IMG/VR virus record: IMGVR_UViG_3300015360_000055
Coordinates: 1-53,580 of that record
Source: a virus
Taxonomy: Duplodnaviria > Caudoviricetes
Length of the DNA stretch: 53,580 nt
Strand: one strand, 5' to 3'
Part shown: piece by piece, positions 35,330 to 44,779 of the stretch
Layout: the number at the start of each line of letters is the position of its first letter
Position numbering within the stretch: position 1 is the stretch's first letter
The notes under the pieces: model-generated
Told to the model about the DNA's origin: nothing
Seen by the model: only the letters and a program-made list of their open reading frames with translations
The model's database searches: none
Program-made: the position numbers and the translations under genes

Positions 35330-36049
35330 GTGGAAAACGCTAGAGCTGCTGTAGGAAGTATAGAATTACCAACCGGTGTCTTCATGAACGATCAGGTCAT
35401 GAAGATCATCAAGTTCAGAGAGCTGGCTGGTCCAGAAGAAGATGTCTTGGCGTCCAACATGGGATCGAGCCAAAAGATGAGCCAAGTCATGGCCAATTGC
35501 ACGCTTGAACTCGGAACTTTGACCGCTCCACAAGACATCCGAAAAGCGATTGAAAAACTTGTGGTCACTGACCGCTGGTTCTATCTCGTTCACTTGAGAG
35601 TTCTATCGCTCGGTTCGGCTTATCACTTCGAAACGAATTGTCCCCACTGCAACGCCAAGGACAAAATCACCTACGATTTGACCACGGTAAAGGTGGATAA
35701 AGCTCCAGTCGCCAATGCCCTTTATAGCGAAGTGACGCTCCCACGGAGCGGCAAGAAAGTCCGCTGGAAGGTTGCTGACGGAGAGACTGATGCAAAGATC
35801 GAGAAGATGGCAACCACGGGCCGTGAGGCAAGTGTGGCGCTATTTGCTCGCGTAACTGAAGTGGATAGTCGCCCTGCTGTTTTAAGTGACGTGATTGATT
35901 TACCGATGGCAGATCGCTCTTTTCTTCGTAAAGCAATGGACGAGAAAGAGGGGGAGTTTGACGACAAGTTTAAGAAAAACTGTCCATCGTGTGGCCAAGA
36001 ATACGAGGGTCAGCTTCAGCTTGACGGTAAAACTTTTTTCTCCCTATAG
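35330..36049 (+). CDS. tail assembly chaperone (T4 gp26-like, two CxxC)
   Basis: GAGGAGG SD; IELPTG, REL.G.EEDVL, DR.F.L..LR..SLG, CPHC, CPSCG, C-terminal FF. Confidence 0.8.
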   Translation: MENARAAVGSIELPTGVFMNDQVMKIIKFRELAGPEEDVLASNMGSSQKMSQVMANCTLELGTLTAPQDIRKAIEKLVVTDRWFYLVHLRVLSLGSAYHFETNCPHCNAKDKITYDLTTVKVDKAPVANALYSEVTLPRSGKKVRWKVADGETDAKIEKMATTGREASVALFARVTEVDSRPAVLSDVIDLPMADRSFLRKAMDEKEGEFDDKFKKNCPSCGQEYEGQLQLDGKTFFSL

Positions 36050-36243
36050 GCTATCTCTCCAATTTCGAGGAGGAGGTAGCCTTCCTGGTGGAGGCCCTTG
36101 GACTGAGTTACCAGGATATTTGCAGTATGCCTTACAGTCGAAGGCAAAGATTGGTAGAGTGGAAGACAGAGCGTTTACAGAAACAGCAGAAGTCTCAAGA
36201 AGAGGCTCAGGCTAAGTCGAGGTCTCAAAGCAGGAGAAGATAA
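36034..36243 (+). CDS. -1 frameshift extension of the chaperone (gpGT-like), not in ORF track
   Basis: Slippery T-TTT-TTC at 36034-36040; the -1 frame reads LPIGYLSNFEEEVAFLVEALGLSYQDICSMPYSRRQRLVEWK... to TAA 36241-36243. Confidence 0.85.
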   Translation, partial: FFLPIGYLSNFEEEVAFLVEALGLSYQDICSMPYSRRQRLVEWKTERLQKQQKSQEEAQAKSRSQSRRR

Positions 36244-36245
36244 GG

Positions 36246-38486
36246 ATGCCAAATAAACGGTTTCTAGGCTTAGGCTTTACATTTAGTGCTACCGACCGTG
36301 GACTTGAGAAGAAACTCTTAGGTATCCAGGGAGCCTTGTCTGGGATCGCCGAATCTTTGGGCGTCATCAATTCTGAAGCTGCATCTGCCGGTGCCAATCT
36401 TGGATCCATGAAAGCCTCGAAGGCTGGGTCGAAGTCCTCTTCAAAAACTAAAGACTCCTCAGCTAGTCTCATCACGGCGCTCACATCTATCAACAAGTCA
36501 ATCGACTCTGGCTTCGGCGATGTCATGAAGGGCATGGACCAGTCGTTCAAGATGGTTTCATCCAACATGAAAGCCAATATGGGCTTCCTGGGTGACGTGA
36601 TTGCAGCCATCGAGCAGAACAAAGTCGATATCATTCTTCCGGATAAGGCTCCGGTTAAAAAAGGATCGAACAAAAATGCCACAGAGCTTCTGAAGGTCAC
36701 CAAGAACTTCAAGATGATGAACACTCGTCGTCTGGACAAAATTCTTGTCTCGATGACCGCGCTGAAAAACAATCAGAAGCTTTTCACTAAACGTTTGTCA
36801 AAGGGTGGCGGAGGTGAACGTGAGACAAAAAAAGAGGTCGCTCAAGATCCTCTGAAAAAGTTCAAGTTCGCAATGGATGGGCTCTCCAAGGAGTCCGCTC
36901 AATTCTTTGACGAACTCAAAGGTAAATTCCGTGGAGATGATTTAAAGACCTTCTCCGAGCAAATGAAAAAGATGGAACCCGAACTGGACGAGCTGGGCAA
37001 TGTCAGCACCAAGTCCAAGATTCGAATGATCAACCTCGCCACGAGCATTGCCGACGCCAGCACTGCGTCGAGCAAGTTCACTCAAAACTTCGGAGCAACC
37101 AAAAAGATCCTTGAGCACTTCAGGGCTTGGTTTACTGATATCGGTCACTCATCTGATCGATTCTTTAAGTCGGTCGGAGTTGACTTTGGGACCATGGTGC
37201 CTGAGCAGATCAAAGCCATCTTTGGAGTGTTCAAGTCCATCGTGAGTCCCTTATTCACGGGGCTTGGTAAAGCAGCTAAAGGAGTATTTGGATTCTTTAA
37301 AAGCAAGGCAGAGGGTTCTTCTCAGAAGGGCACACTTCAGTCGTTAGACGCTCTCCGAAAAGTAGTTCTCGACGGGAATGGAGAACTGAAGGCAGGGGTC
37401 AATGACGTTGCAGGCGGTATCGGTGGCGGAAGATCCAAGAACGACAAAGTTGTTCCTCTTTTACAGCAGGTAGTCGGAAACACAAAGCCCGAGGGAAAAA
37501 GTTCCATTTGGAGTGTTCTTGCAATGCTTGCCGCTCCTCTTGCTCTTGCTGCTGGATTGCTCATTGGTTTTGGATCTCAGATCATGAAAACCATCACCAT
37601 GTTCAAGGAGCTTTCTTTCGTTCGAAGGGCCGCTACAGCCGTGTTCGAATTTGCAAAATCATTTAAACCAGTGGCCTCTGTGATGAAGTTCTTTGCTGAA
37701 ATAGGCGGTAAGGTAGGAAGAATTTTTGGTCGCGTGGCTGAGTTCGTAGGTGAATTTGGAGCAAAGATTTTTCAAATTGGTTCCAAGCTTGCGCCTCTCT
37801 TTGAGAATCCAATTTTTCAAGCAGTGTTCAAGCTGGGTAAATTTCTTGGTAAGTGGCTGAGTATTGTAGGCTGGGGATTTGTGATTTACGACGTGATCTC
37901 TGGCATCGTGAAAGCCTTCCAGGAGTCTGAAGGCGCTTTCGATTTTATCGGTAAGGCACTCTGGAATATTGCAGATAGTTTGCTCATGGGTCTTCCTGGG
38001 TTCATTAAAGACAAGACCATGGGCTTTTATGAAAAACTATTCCCTAAAGAAGGGCCACCCGTTTTAGGGCAGACCCCTAAGGGAAATGTATTTGACATCA
38101 ATGATGCCAGAAATAAAAAGAATCAATCCACTGCACTCAATTCCATGTTTGGTCCACAGGCACCTACTCAGACATCGCGCAATCTCGTAGATCCATCCAT
38201 GGCTGCAACAGGGCAAACCGGGACCATTACGAGCGGAGCGCAGAGCAATGTTTTATCGATGAGTCAGGCTCTTGAACAAATGACAAAAAATCAATCAATG
38301 GACGATCTTAAAGAGATTATGAAATCTCAGCTCGCTGTGACTCAGAGGCAGGCCGATACTAATCAAAGTATGCTTGAAGAATTGCGTAAGGAAAAAGGGT
38401 TCAAGGGAGACATCAAAGTCAGGACTGACTTTGTTTCCGCGAACGCAAAAGGACAGCTTGATATGGTTCATGGCGGCGGTGGATAA
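36246..38486 (+). CDS. tape measure protein
   Basis: Follows the chaperone; LGFTFSATD N-terminus; amphipathic helical F/G/K repeats and hydrophobic segments. Confidence 0.8.
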   Translation: MPNKRFLGLGFTFSATDRGLEKKLLGIQGALSGIAESLGVINSEAASAGANLGSMKASKAGSKSSSKTKDSSASLITALTSINKSIDSGFGDVMKGMDQSFKMVSSNMKANMGFLGDVIAAIEQNKVDIILPDKAPVKKGSNKNATELLKVTKNFKMMNTRRLDKILVSMTALKNNQKLFTKRLSKGGGGERETKKEVAQDPLKKFKFAMDGLSKESAQFFDELKGKFRGDDLKTFSEQMKKMEPELDELGNVSTKSKIRMINLATSIADASTASSKFTQNFGATKKILEHFRAWFTDIGHSSDRFFKSVGVDFGTMVPEQIKAIFGVFKSIVSPLFTGLGKAAKGVFGFFKSKAEGSSQKGTLQSLDALRKVVLDGNGELKAGVNDVAGGIGGGRSKNDKVVPLLQQVVGNTKPEGKSSIWSVLAMLAAPLALAAGLLIGFGSQIMKTITMFKELSFVRRAATAVFEFAKSFKPVASVMKFFAEIGGKVGRIFGRVAEFVGEFGAKIFQIGSKLAPLFENPIFQAVFKLGKFLGKWLSIVGWGFVIYDVISGIVKAFQESEGAFDFIGKALWNIADSLLMGLPGFIKDKTMGFYEKLFPKEGPPVLGQTPKGNVFDINDARNKKNQSTALNSMFGPQAPTQTSRNLVDPSMAATGQTGTITSGAQSNVLSMSQALEQMTKNQSMDDLKEIMKSQLAVTQRQADTNQSMLEELRKEKGFKGDIKVRTDFVSANAKGQLDMVHGGGG

Positions 38487-38488
38487 TC

Positions 38489-39907
38489 ATGGACAAGATT
38501 GATCTGTACGGAGGATCCGTCGAAGTCTCTTTTTTGCCTGCGAACGGTCCTACCAAAAGCTTATCCAATATTTTCTATGATGAATCGCTCAAGGGCACTG
38601 AATTTAGCTCAACAGCCTTCAACCCAAAGAGCGTTCACTTCATTCAACATGTATCAGTCAAGGTAAGTCTCCTCAGATTCACAGAGATTGAAATCACTTT
38701 TGCGCCTCCATTTGAGCAGGCGGTCAAACTCTTAAATAGCGGAGTTCTCGGTCTTGGATTTTCCACAAAGCAGACGGCAGGAACCAAAGAGAAGACTGAT
38801 CCCGAACTTGCGACTGAAGGGTTATCCACAATCGGATTCAATCAAGTCTCTGTACGGATGCACTACGGCGGGATGAGTTCTAATTACTTCAAAGGGTTCC
38901 TCCTGGCTCCAGAGATTGAAATTGGGACTGACGGGATCTCAATTAAAATCAGAGCTACCGGACTGCTCTTTCCTCAAGCCAAGAAGCATTCCAATAAAGT
39001 TCTTAAAGATAAGACAAGAATTGAGATCATCAAATCTCTTCTCGGTGATGGTGAAGACTTCGAAGTGAAGTTTGACCCAAATGACGCAGCAGCCGCTAAG
39101 TTTATGGATACTGTCCACAGCGTGACTGCCGCAGACAGCAACTGGTCTCTTGTAAAATCGCTACTGGATAGTTCGAATTGCGCTATTTACGATACCGGTT
39201 CTGAATCTATTGAAGGAATTCCAACTTACGAAATCATCAGTAAAGACTTCCTCAGAACTCGTGATGACAACATTTATAACTTTGTACTCTGGGAGAACAT
39301 CAATCCGAATGAGCGAAGATTTCCGATCTTGGATCTCAAGACTTCCATCGCAAACTACATGATGGGTCAGAGCCTCGGGATCAATACCGCCACTTTGGAT
39401 CTCAAAGACAAGAAGGTTGCTCCTCACGAAAAAGTTGATTTTGCTTCCGTCTATTCCACAAGCGACGGCAGTCAGTCTGGCGCTCCAAACGCCAAGGACA
39501 CTCCAAAAGATAACGACGTGGCAGGCAACACCAAGAAGATCCCTCTCGCATCTGAGAAGGATAAGAAGCAGCCGTCCATGAAAGAGAAAGCTTTGGGGTT
39601 GATCCAAAATGCAACTGACAAGGCTCTTCAGTATCAGATCACAACGGTTGGACTCATGGAGCTTAGACCCGGAAGAGGGGTGGGGATCAGCGTGGCTGGA
39701 GTTGCATTTTTATCGGGTCATTACGACTTATACGAAGTGACCCATGAATTTTCTACCGATGGCGTTACCACGAGCTTAACCCTCGCCAGGACTGCTGGCC
39801 TCGCTTCTATTATTGATCGCGGAGTTGGTATCGCTCAAAAGAAAGTCAGTGCCGCTCTTGGAGGAGTTCGTAACGTGGTCTCATCAAAAAATGGAGTGGT
39901 GAATTAA
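38489..39907 (+). CDS. baseplate hub protein (gp27/late-control D-like)
   Basis: Position; C-terminal TVG..ELRPG..V.I...GV..LSG.Y.L.EVTHEFS.DG.TTSL. Confidence 0.75.
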   Translation: MDKIDLYGGSVEVSFLPANGPTKSLSNIFYDESLKGTEFSSTAFNPKSVHFIQHVSVKVSLLRFTEIEITFAPPFEQAVKLLNSGVLGLGFSTKQTAGTKEKTDPELATEGLSTIGFNQVSVRMHYGGMSSNYFKGFLLAPEIEIGTDGISIKIRATGLLFPQAKKHSNKVLKDKTRIEIIKSLLGDGEDFEVKFDPNDAAAAKFMDTVHSVTAADSNWSLVKSLLDSSNCAIYDTGSESIEGIPTYEIISKDFLRTRDDNIYNFVLWENINPNERRFPILDLKTSIANYMMGQSLGINTATLDLKDKKVAPHEKVDFASVYSTSDGSQSGAPNAKDTPKDNDVAGNTKKIPLASEKDKKQPSMKEKALGLIQNATDKALQYQITTVGLMELRPGRGVGISVAGVAFLSGHYDLYEVTHEFSTDGVTTSLTLARTAGLASIIDRGVGIAQKKVSAALGGVRNVVSSKNGVVN

Positions 39908-40879
39908 ATGGATAGTCCATTTTTAGAATTCATCGACAATATGAAGCAGGTTGGTCTTGAGTGGTATCATAAGTACTACGCTGTCTACCCTGCCATTGTT
40001 GAAGACACGAATGACCCAGATCAGCGCGGAAGAATTCTCATCTCGATTCCATCTATCCTTGCCGAAGGTGAGGTGCTCGACACCTGGTGCGAGCCATGCG
40101 GTCAGCAAATCGCAGGCAACCAGAGCGGTGCTTTCATGCCCCCTTATGTAGGAGACATTGTTGATGTCATCTTCGAAAATGGGGATATTCATCATCCAAG
40201 ATACCTGGGCGGATCCTGGGGTGACGAGGAGCTTCCTGAAGATTTTACGGCAGGCTACGGAGACGAAGGTCCAACGGTTCGCGGATGGGTATTTAAGAGC
40301 GGACAAAAGATCATTGTCGATGAGACCGAAGGTAAACTAAAAATTCAAATAGTCAACGGCGAGACCGGTGGATTTATCGTGATCGATGACACCGATGGAG
40401 AAGAGGGGATCTTCCTCACTCACAAAAGCGGATCCCTTATGCAGATGTCTCCGGAAGGAAACATCATCTTCGCCTCCTCCTCTGGAAACCTGCTATTCAT
40501 CAACGAAGAAACAGGTGAGCTGACTATCAAGTCAGCCGATGGCTCAGTGATCTCCCTGAAGGACAAAATTACCGTTGCCGATGCGAGCGGCAAGAACATG
40601 ATCAGCATCACCGATAGCTCGGTGGAGATTGTATCAAGCTCCGATGTAATCGTGAGCGCCAAGAACGTCAACATCAACGCCGGGAACATCGCCTTGGGCG
40701 GGGACTCTGACAACGCTGTGCTGTACTCAAAACTCGCCACCATTTTCGACGGCCACATGCACGCAAGCGCCGTGGGACCAACAGGCCCACCACTTCCTCC
40801 TCAGACATTCGCCATCACAGGCGAGGCCCCACCTCTGAGTGCTAAGTCAAAGAACATTACTCTCAAAGGAAATTTGTAA
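39908..40879 (+). CDS. baseplate spike (gp5/gpV OB fold plus beta-helix)
   Basis: Y.AIVEDTNDPDQRGRI, MPP.VGD.V.V.FENGD..HPRYLG, apex HxH (GHMH). Confidence 0.9.
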   Translation: MDSPFLEFIDNMKQVGLEWYHKYYAVYPAIVEDTNDPDQRGRILISIPSILAEGEVLDTWCEPCGQQIAGNQSGAFMPPYVGDIVDVIFENGDIHHPRYLGGSWGDEELPEDFTAGYGDEGPTVRGWVFKSGQKIIVDETEGKLKIQIVNGETGGFIVIDDTDGEEGIFLTHKSGSLMQMSPEGNIIFASSSGNLLFINEETGELTIKSADGSVISLKDKITVADASGKNMISITDSSVEIVSSSDVIVSAKNVNINAGNIALGGDSDNAVLYSKLATIFDGHMHASAVGPTGPPLPPQTFAITGEAPPLSAKSKNITLKGNL

Positions 40880-41421
40880 TGGCTCTTCTGGGTCCAACAG
40901 TACTTGCAGCGCAGATCCTTGCCCTGCCTCCTGCGATGGATCCATTGACTGGCGGAATGAACTTTGCCGGTGTAATCGCAGATTATATGAGTTTAATTCA
41001 GGGCGGACCCACTGGTTCTCCAGGAATTATCACGTTTAACAAAGCGGTTTTTGGCCCACTGGTGGCTGCAATGCCTCCGGATCCGACCGGAGCCGCATGG
41101 GGAGTATTGATGGCGGCGAATTGGCAGACTGCTCTGCTCGCAAGCATCGTCACCCCTGGAACGGTTGCTGATCCAACCTGGACAGTCTCAGCCGTAGACA
41201 TCCTTACCCTGCCCACCGCAGCGGCTACCGTGATCACCGCGCCAGTTGCCATGGCCACTCTTGCCGGTAAGCTCGCAAGTGTGAAGGCTGGTGCAGACGC
41301 ACCAAAGCCAATGGCAGAAGCCTTTCATGAGGCCATTCTAAAGATGCAATTTCTTTGCATTGGAATGACGCTGGTGGGGATCGTACCCACGCCAACTCCA
41401 CTTCCGAAGACGGCACAATAA
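40879..41421 (+). CDS. hypothetical spike-associated protein
   Basis: 180 aa, A/P/G-rich and hydrophobic; coupled to the spike gene. Confidence 0.65.
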   Translation: MALLGPTVLAAQILALPPAMDPLTGGMNFAGVIADYMSLIQGGPTGSPGIITFNKAVFGPLVAAMPPDPTGAAWGVLMAANWQTALLASIVTPGTVADPTWTVSAVDILTLPTAAATVITAPVAMATLAGKLASVKAGADAPKPMAEAFHEAILKMQFLCIGMTLVGIVPTPTPLPKTAQ

Positions 41422-41873
41422 TGGCGAAACTCGTAATCACCACGACTGGAAAAATCGGGAAGAGGGTCGTATTCACTTCGGTTCAGAAAATTCCAATCCC
41501 TGAGCTTCCGATCATTCCACCGATCGCTATCCCTGCTCTTCCAAAGATTCCCAAGCTTCCGTCTCTCCCGGCGCTTCCTAGTCTTCCAGGAATCAGTTTG
41601 AAGGTTCCATCACTTGCACTTCCGGTCATACCGCCTATCTCGCTTCCAGCACTTCCAAAGGTTCCGAAGCTACCGACGCTTCCAAAGCTTCCCACTCTTC
41701 CTGGGATTAGTCTCAAGGTTCCGTCACTCGCCCTTCCGGTGATTCCGCCTATTGCTCTTCCAGCTCTCCCGAAAATTCCAAGTCTTCCCACTCTTCCAAA
41801 GTTACCCAGTCTCAGCATTCCGTCTCTCGGTGGAGTCTCTCCTACAATTACGGTTAGCACATCTGTTGAGTGA
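41421..41873 (+). CDS. proline-rich repeat protein
   Basis: TAATG coupling at 41421; about three 38-aa repeats (114-bp period) of P-x-L triplets. Confidence 0.75.
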   Translation: MAKLVITTTGKIGKRVVFTSVQKIPIPELPIIPPIAIPALPKIPKLPSLPALPSLPGISLKVPSLALPVIPPISLPALPKVPKLPTLPKLPTLPGISLKVPSLALPVIPPIALPALPKIPSLPTLPKLPSLSIPSLGGVSPTITVSTSVE

Positions 41874-41968
41874 CTTGACGTTTAGTCAAGAGTGGAATCG
41901 TTCATTGAGAAGACTGTGAGAGTATATTAAACTCAAATCTGACGTAACCCAGGCGAAGGATCTTCAAT

Positions 41969-42340
41969 ATGTCGAGTATACTTGCAGGCATCTCTTTTCC
42001 ATTTCGTATTGAAGGCGTAGGACTGCCAGCTCCAGCATTTGGAACAAATGTCATCAAGTCAGCTCTTATCGTTTTGTTGAGGACATCAAAGGGATCGCGA
42101 GTCATGCGTCCAAATGTTGGAAACAACCTTCAGAAACTTATTTTTGAAAACCAAGGCCCGGTCATGAGATCCTTGATTCAAAGAGAGATTTTAGTTTCAA
42201 TTAATAGTTTTCTTCCTCAAGTTACAGTGAGGGGTCTGGACTTCATCGAGAATGAACACGCAATTCAAGTGAATGTTAAATACACCGTTCAGGGAGTCAC
42301 AGACGAGACTGGCCCAGTGACAATAGGTCAGAGAGGTTAA
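41969..42340 (+). CDS. baseplate wedge, gp25/gpW-like
   Basis: GISFPF, LLRTSKGSRVMRPNVG..L..LIFE, FLPQV.V. Confidence 0.9.
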   Translation: MSSILAGISFPFRIEGVGLPAPAFGTNVIKSALIVLLRTSKGSRVMRPNVGNNLQKLIFENQGPVMRSLIQREILVSINSFLPQVTVRGLDFIENEHAIQVNVKYTVQGVTDETGPVTIGQRG

Positions 42341-42342
42341 AC

Positions 42343-44310
42343 ATGGCAGTTTCTGACGAAATCAACCGAGTTAAATTTGTTGCCGAGGATTTCCAGACCT
42401 ACCGTGACGAGGCTGACCAATTCTTTCAAACCTATTACCCGGAAGACTTTAACAATCTTTTAGCCACCGACCTGGGTAACGCCCTCATGGATCAGATTGC
42501 ATTCGCCATGCAGTCTTTGTCATTCATGCTCAACCGTCGTTCGAGCGAACTATTTCTCGCTTCAGCCAGGCTGAATAGCTCCATCACAAAGCTTGCCAGG
42601 ATGTTGGGCTACCCCATTAATCCAGCAGCTCCAGCCACCACGTCAGCAATCATCACGCTGAAGAATGGTCCCTACGCTTTCGCCGTAACAATCCCCATTG
42701 GATTCAAACTCAAGGGTCCAGGCGATACGATTTACGAATACCACGGCGCTGTGGACGCAGTCATTCCACCCGGAAACACCACTGCTACGATCCAAGTTAA
42801 AGAAGGCCAAAGTAAGCGTCTGAGCTTTATCTCAGATGGATCCGCCAACCAGCAGTTCAACATTCTAGGAATCACAGGAAATAATTTCATTTATTCCGAC
42901 GAGATGATTCTCACCGTTGACGGATCAGAGTGGACGAGACAAGACCTAATTAAGTATGAGGCTTCAAATATTTTTGAAGTTCTATTCACTGAATCACCAC
43001 CTAAGCTGAGATTTGGTGATGGGATCGCAGGAAACATTCCCCCGATAAGCTCTCAGATTGTTTTAAATTTCAGACTTGGAAAAGGTGCTGCTGGAGCCAT
43101 TGGAAAGAACCAGATCTCTGGTGTAGTAACTCCATTGGTGATCAACGGGATCTCTATCCCGATGTCTTTCACTAACCCAGTTTCTGTAGTCGGCGAAAAC
43201 CCAGAAGACATTCGTCACGTCAGGTCGTTCGCCTCCTCCTTCTTTCGAACTCAAAATGCAGCCGTCGTAAAGCAAGATTATGACACCATCGCGGCCCTAC
43301 AGACCGGAGTCGCTCTCGCGGACGCCCAGATTATCCGGGGAATCGATACCGATATCACCATTCAGGCGAACCTACTGGCGATGAGTAACGGTCAATCTGC
43401 ACTCCTCCAATCAGTCAGCGGTATGGCTGCTGCTGGTGTTTCTGGGCAAGACTTTCTGGGTGTGTCTGGTATTTCGGATTTGCTTGTTGGCGGGATCAGC
43501 GGACTCGGAGTGAGTGGCTTGTCATTCCTTGGGGTCAGTGGACTCAGCTACGTCGGTCAAGACGTTTCCGGAAACATCACCGGACTCTCTTATCTCGGTG
43601 TGAGCGGGGATGGATCTCTTGGTGTTCAGGGCAATACCGGACTCTTCGTTGGTGGTCAAAGCTCTCTCGGAGTAAGTGGAATCGATTTCTTAGGAGTCTT
43701 TGGACAGTCCGGGCTGATCGCAAGCGGAACCTCTGGCGTTGCGATGATTCAATCAGGAATCTCAGGGCTCACTGCTTATCTCTCTCAAGCCTTCAGCGAC
43801 ACCTCCCAGGCAAACCAAGTACAAATGGTTATCCTATCAGTGGACGCCAACAACAGATACATTTCACCTTCAACCATCGTTCTTCAGACCGTCCAATCTA
43901 TCCTGCAAAACATGGCAGACGCCGTTGTGACCGTAAACGCAGTGGACGGATATTCCAAGATCGTCAACACAGACATTACCATTGAGCTTGGCATCAGTCA
44001 GACCGCAGTCATCTCTGACGTAGAGCAAAAGACTCTCAATGCTTTAACCAGCTCAGTGACACCATTTGGTCTTCTCGTTAAGAGAGTCGCCGGTAAGAAC
44101 CTTTATGTTTCCGATATTGATGAAGCTATCAGAAGCGCAAACACCACGGGTGATGTCAGATACATTAATATTAAAATCACTGGGCCTTCACAGTATCTGG
44201 ATGACGCTGGAAACCTGATTGTCGGAAAACAGCAGATCATTCAAAACGGCACTATCTCTGTAAAAGTAAAGCAGAGATTTCTGATTAACGGAGAAATTGT
44301 AAATGCGTAA
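42343..44310 (+). CDS. baseplate wedge, gp6/baseplate-J-like, with Gly-Ser repeat insert
   Basis: DFQTY, ELFLASAR..SS...LARMLGY, SDGSANQQF, LRFGDGIAG.IP, AVVKQDY. Confidence 0.9.
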   Translation: MAVSDEINRVKFVAEDFQTYRDEADQFFQTYYPEDFNNLLATDLGNALMDQIAFAMQSLSFMLNRRSSELFLASARLNSSITKLARMLGYPINPAAPATTSAIITLKNGPYAFAVTIPIGFKLKGPGDTIYEYHGAVDAVIPPGNTTATIQVKEGQSKRLSFISDGSANQQFNILGITGNNFIYSDEMILTVDGSEWTRQDLIKYEASNIFEVLFTESPPKLRFGDGIAGNIPPISSQIVLNFRLGKGAAGAIGKNQISGVVTPLVINGISIPMSFTNPVSVVGENPEDIRHVRSFASSFFRTQNAAVVKQDYDTIAALQTGVALADAQIIRGIDTDITIQANLLAMSNGQSALLQSVSGMAAAGVSGQDFLGVSGISDLLVGGISGLGVSGLSFLGVSGLSYVGQDVSGNITGLSYLGVSGDGSLGVQGNTGLFVGGQSSLGVSGIDFLGVFGQSGLIASGTSGVAMIQSGISGLTAYLSQAFSDTSQANQVQMVILSVDANNRYISPSTIVLQTVQSILQNMADAVVTVNAVDGYSKIVNTDITIELGISQTAVISDVEQKTLNALTSSVTPFGLLVKRVAGKNLYVSDIDEAIRSANTTGDVRYINIKITGPSQYLDDAGNLIVGKQQIIQNGTISVKVKQRFLINGEIVNA

Positions 44311-44324
44311 TCGGAGTCATAAAG

Positions 44325-44768
44325 ATGCTTGAGACTAAATACTTTAGCTGGACATACCCTGAAGAAAATGACGACCCTCATTTTGAAACCCTTGAGGGCT
44401 TTTTCCAACAGCAAGACGACACGACGTTCGGGTTGATGAATACGGCCTGTAACATCATCATTCCTCCGACCTCTGTTGTTTGGAATGGCGGAACCAAGAC
44501 TTTGACATGGAATGACGATTTTGAGATTCCATTAATGCAAGCTGGGTTCAGCTTGAAGATTAAATACGGTCCAGATGGACTTACTCGGTCAGCAACCTTT
44601 AGTGATGGTGACCGAATGATTGTATCTGTCCCAAGGACATCAAGCGGAGAGGTGACGGCAAATTTTGCGCTAGTGAACGGTTCCACTTCAATTAACAGCG
44701 GTCTTTTTACCGTTGGGTTTTGTCGAGGATCTCTCTTTTACGCAAACCTTCCTCAAGTGTTCACTTAA
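44325..44768 (+). CDS. hypothetical baseplate-region protein
   Basis: GGAG SD; beta-rich 147 aa. Confidence 0.7.
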   Translation: MLETKYFSWTYPEENDDPHFETLEGFFQQQDDTTFGLMNTACNIIIPPTSVVWNGGTKTLTWNDDFEIPLMQAGFSLKIKYGPDGLTRSATFSDGDRMIVSVPRTSSGEVTANFALVNGSTSINSGLFTVGFCRGSLFYANLPQVFT

Positions 44769-44779
44769 AGGGGACTTAA

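Noticed and set aside
35895-36215. 106-aa ORF as the chaperone extension
   Set aside because: It is the +1 frame; the -1 frame has the slippery site and the expected motif.
41483-41860. Gly-rich repeat ORF on the minus strand
   Set aside because: Mirror of the Pro-rich + gene, which is translationally coupled and co-oriented with the operon.
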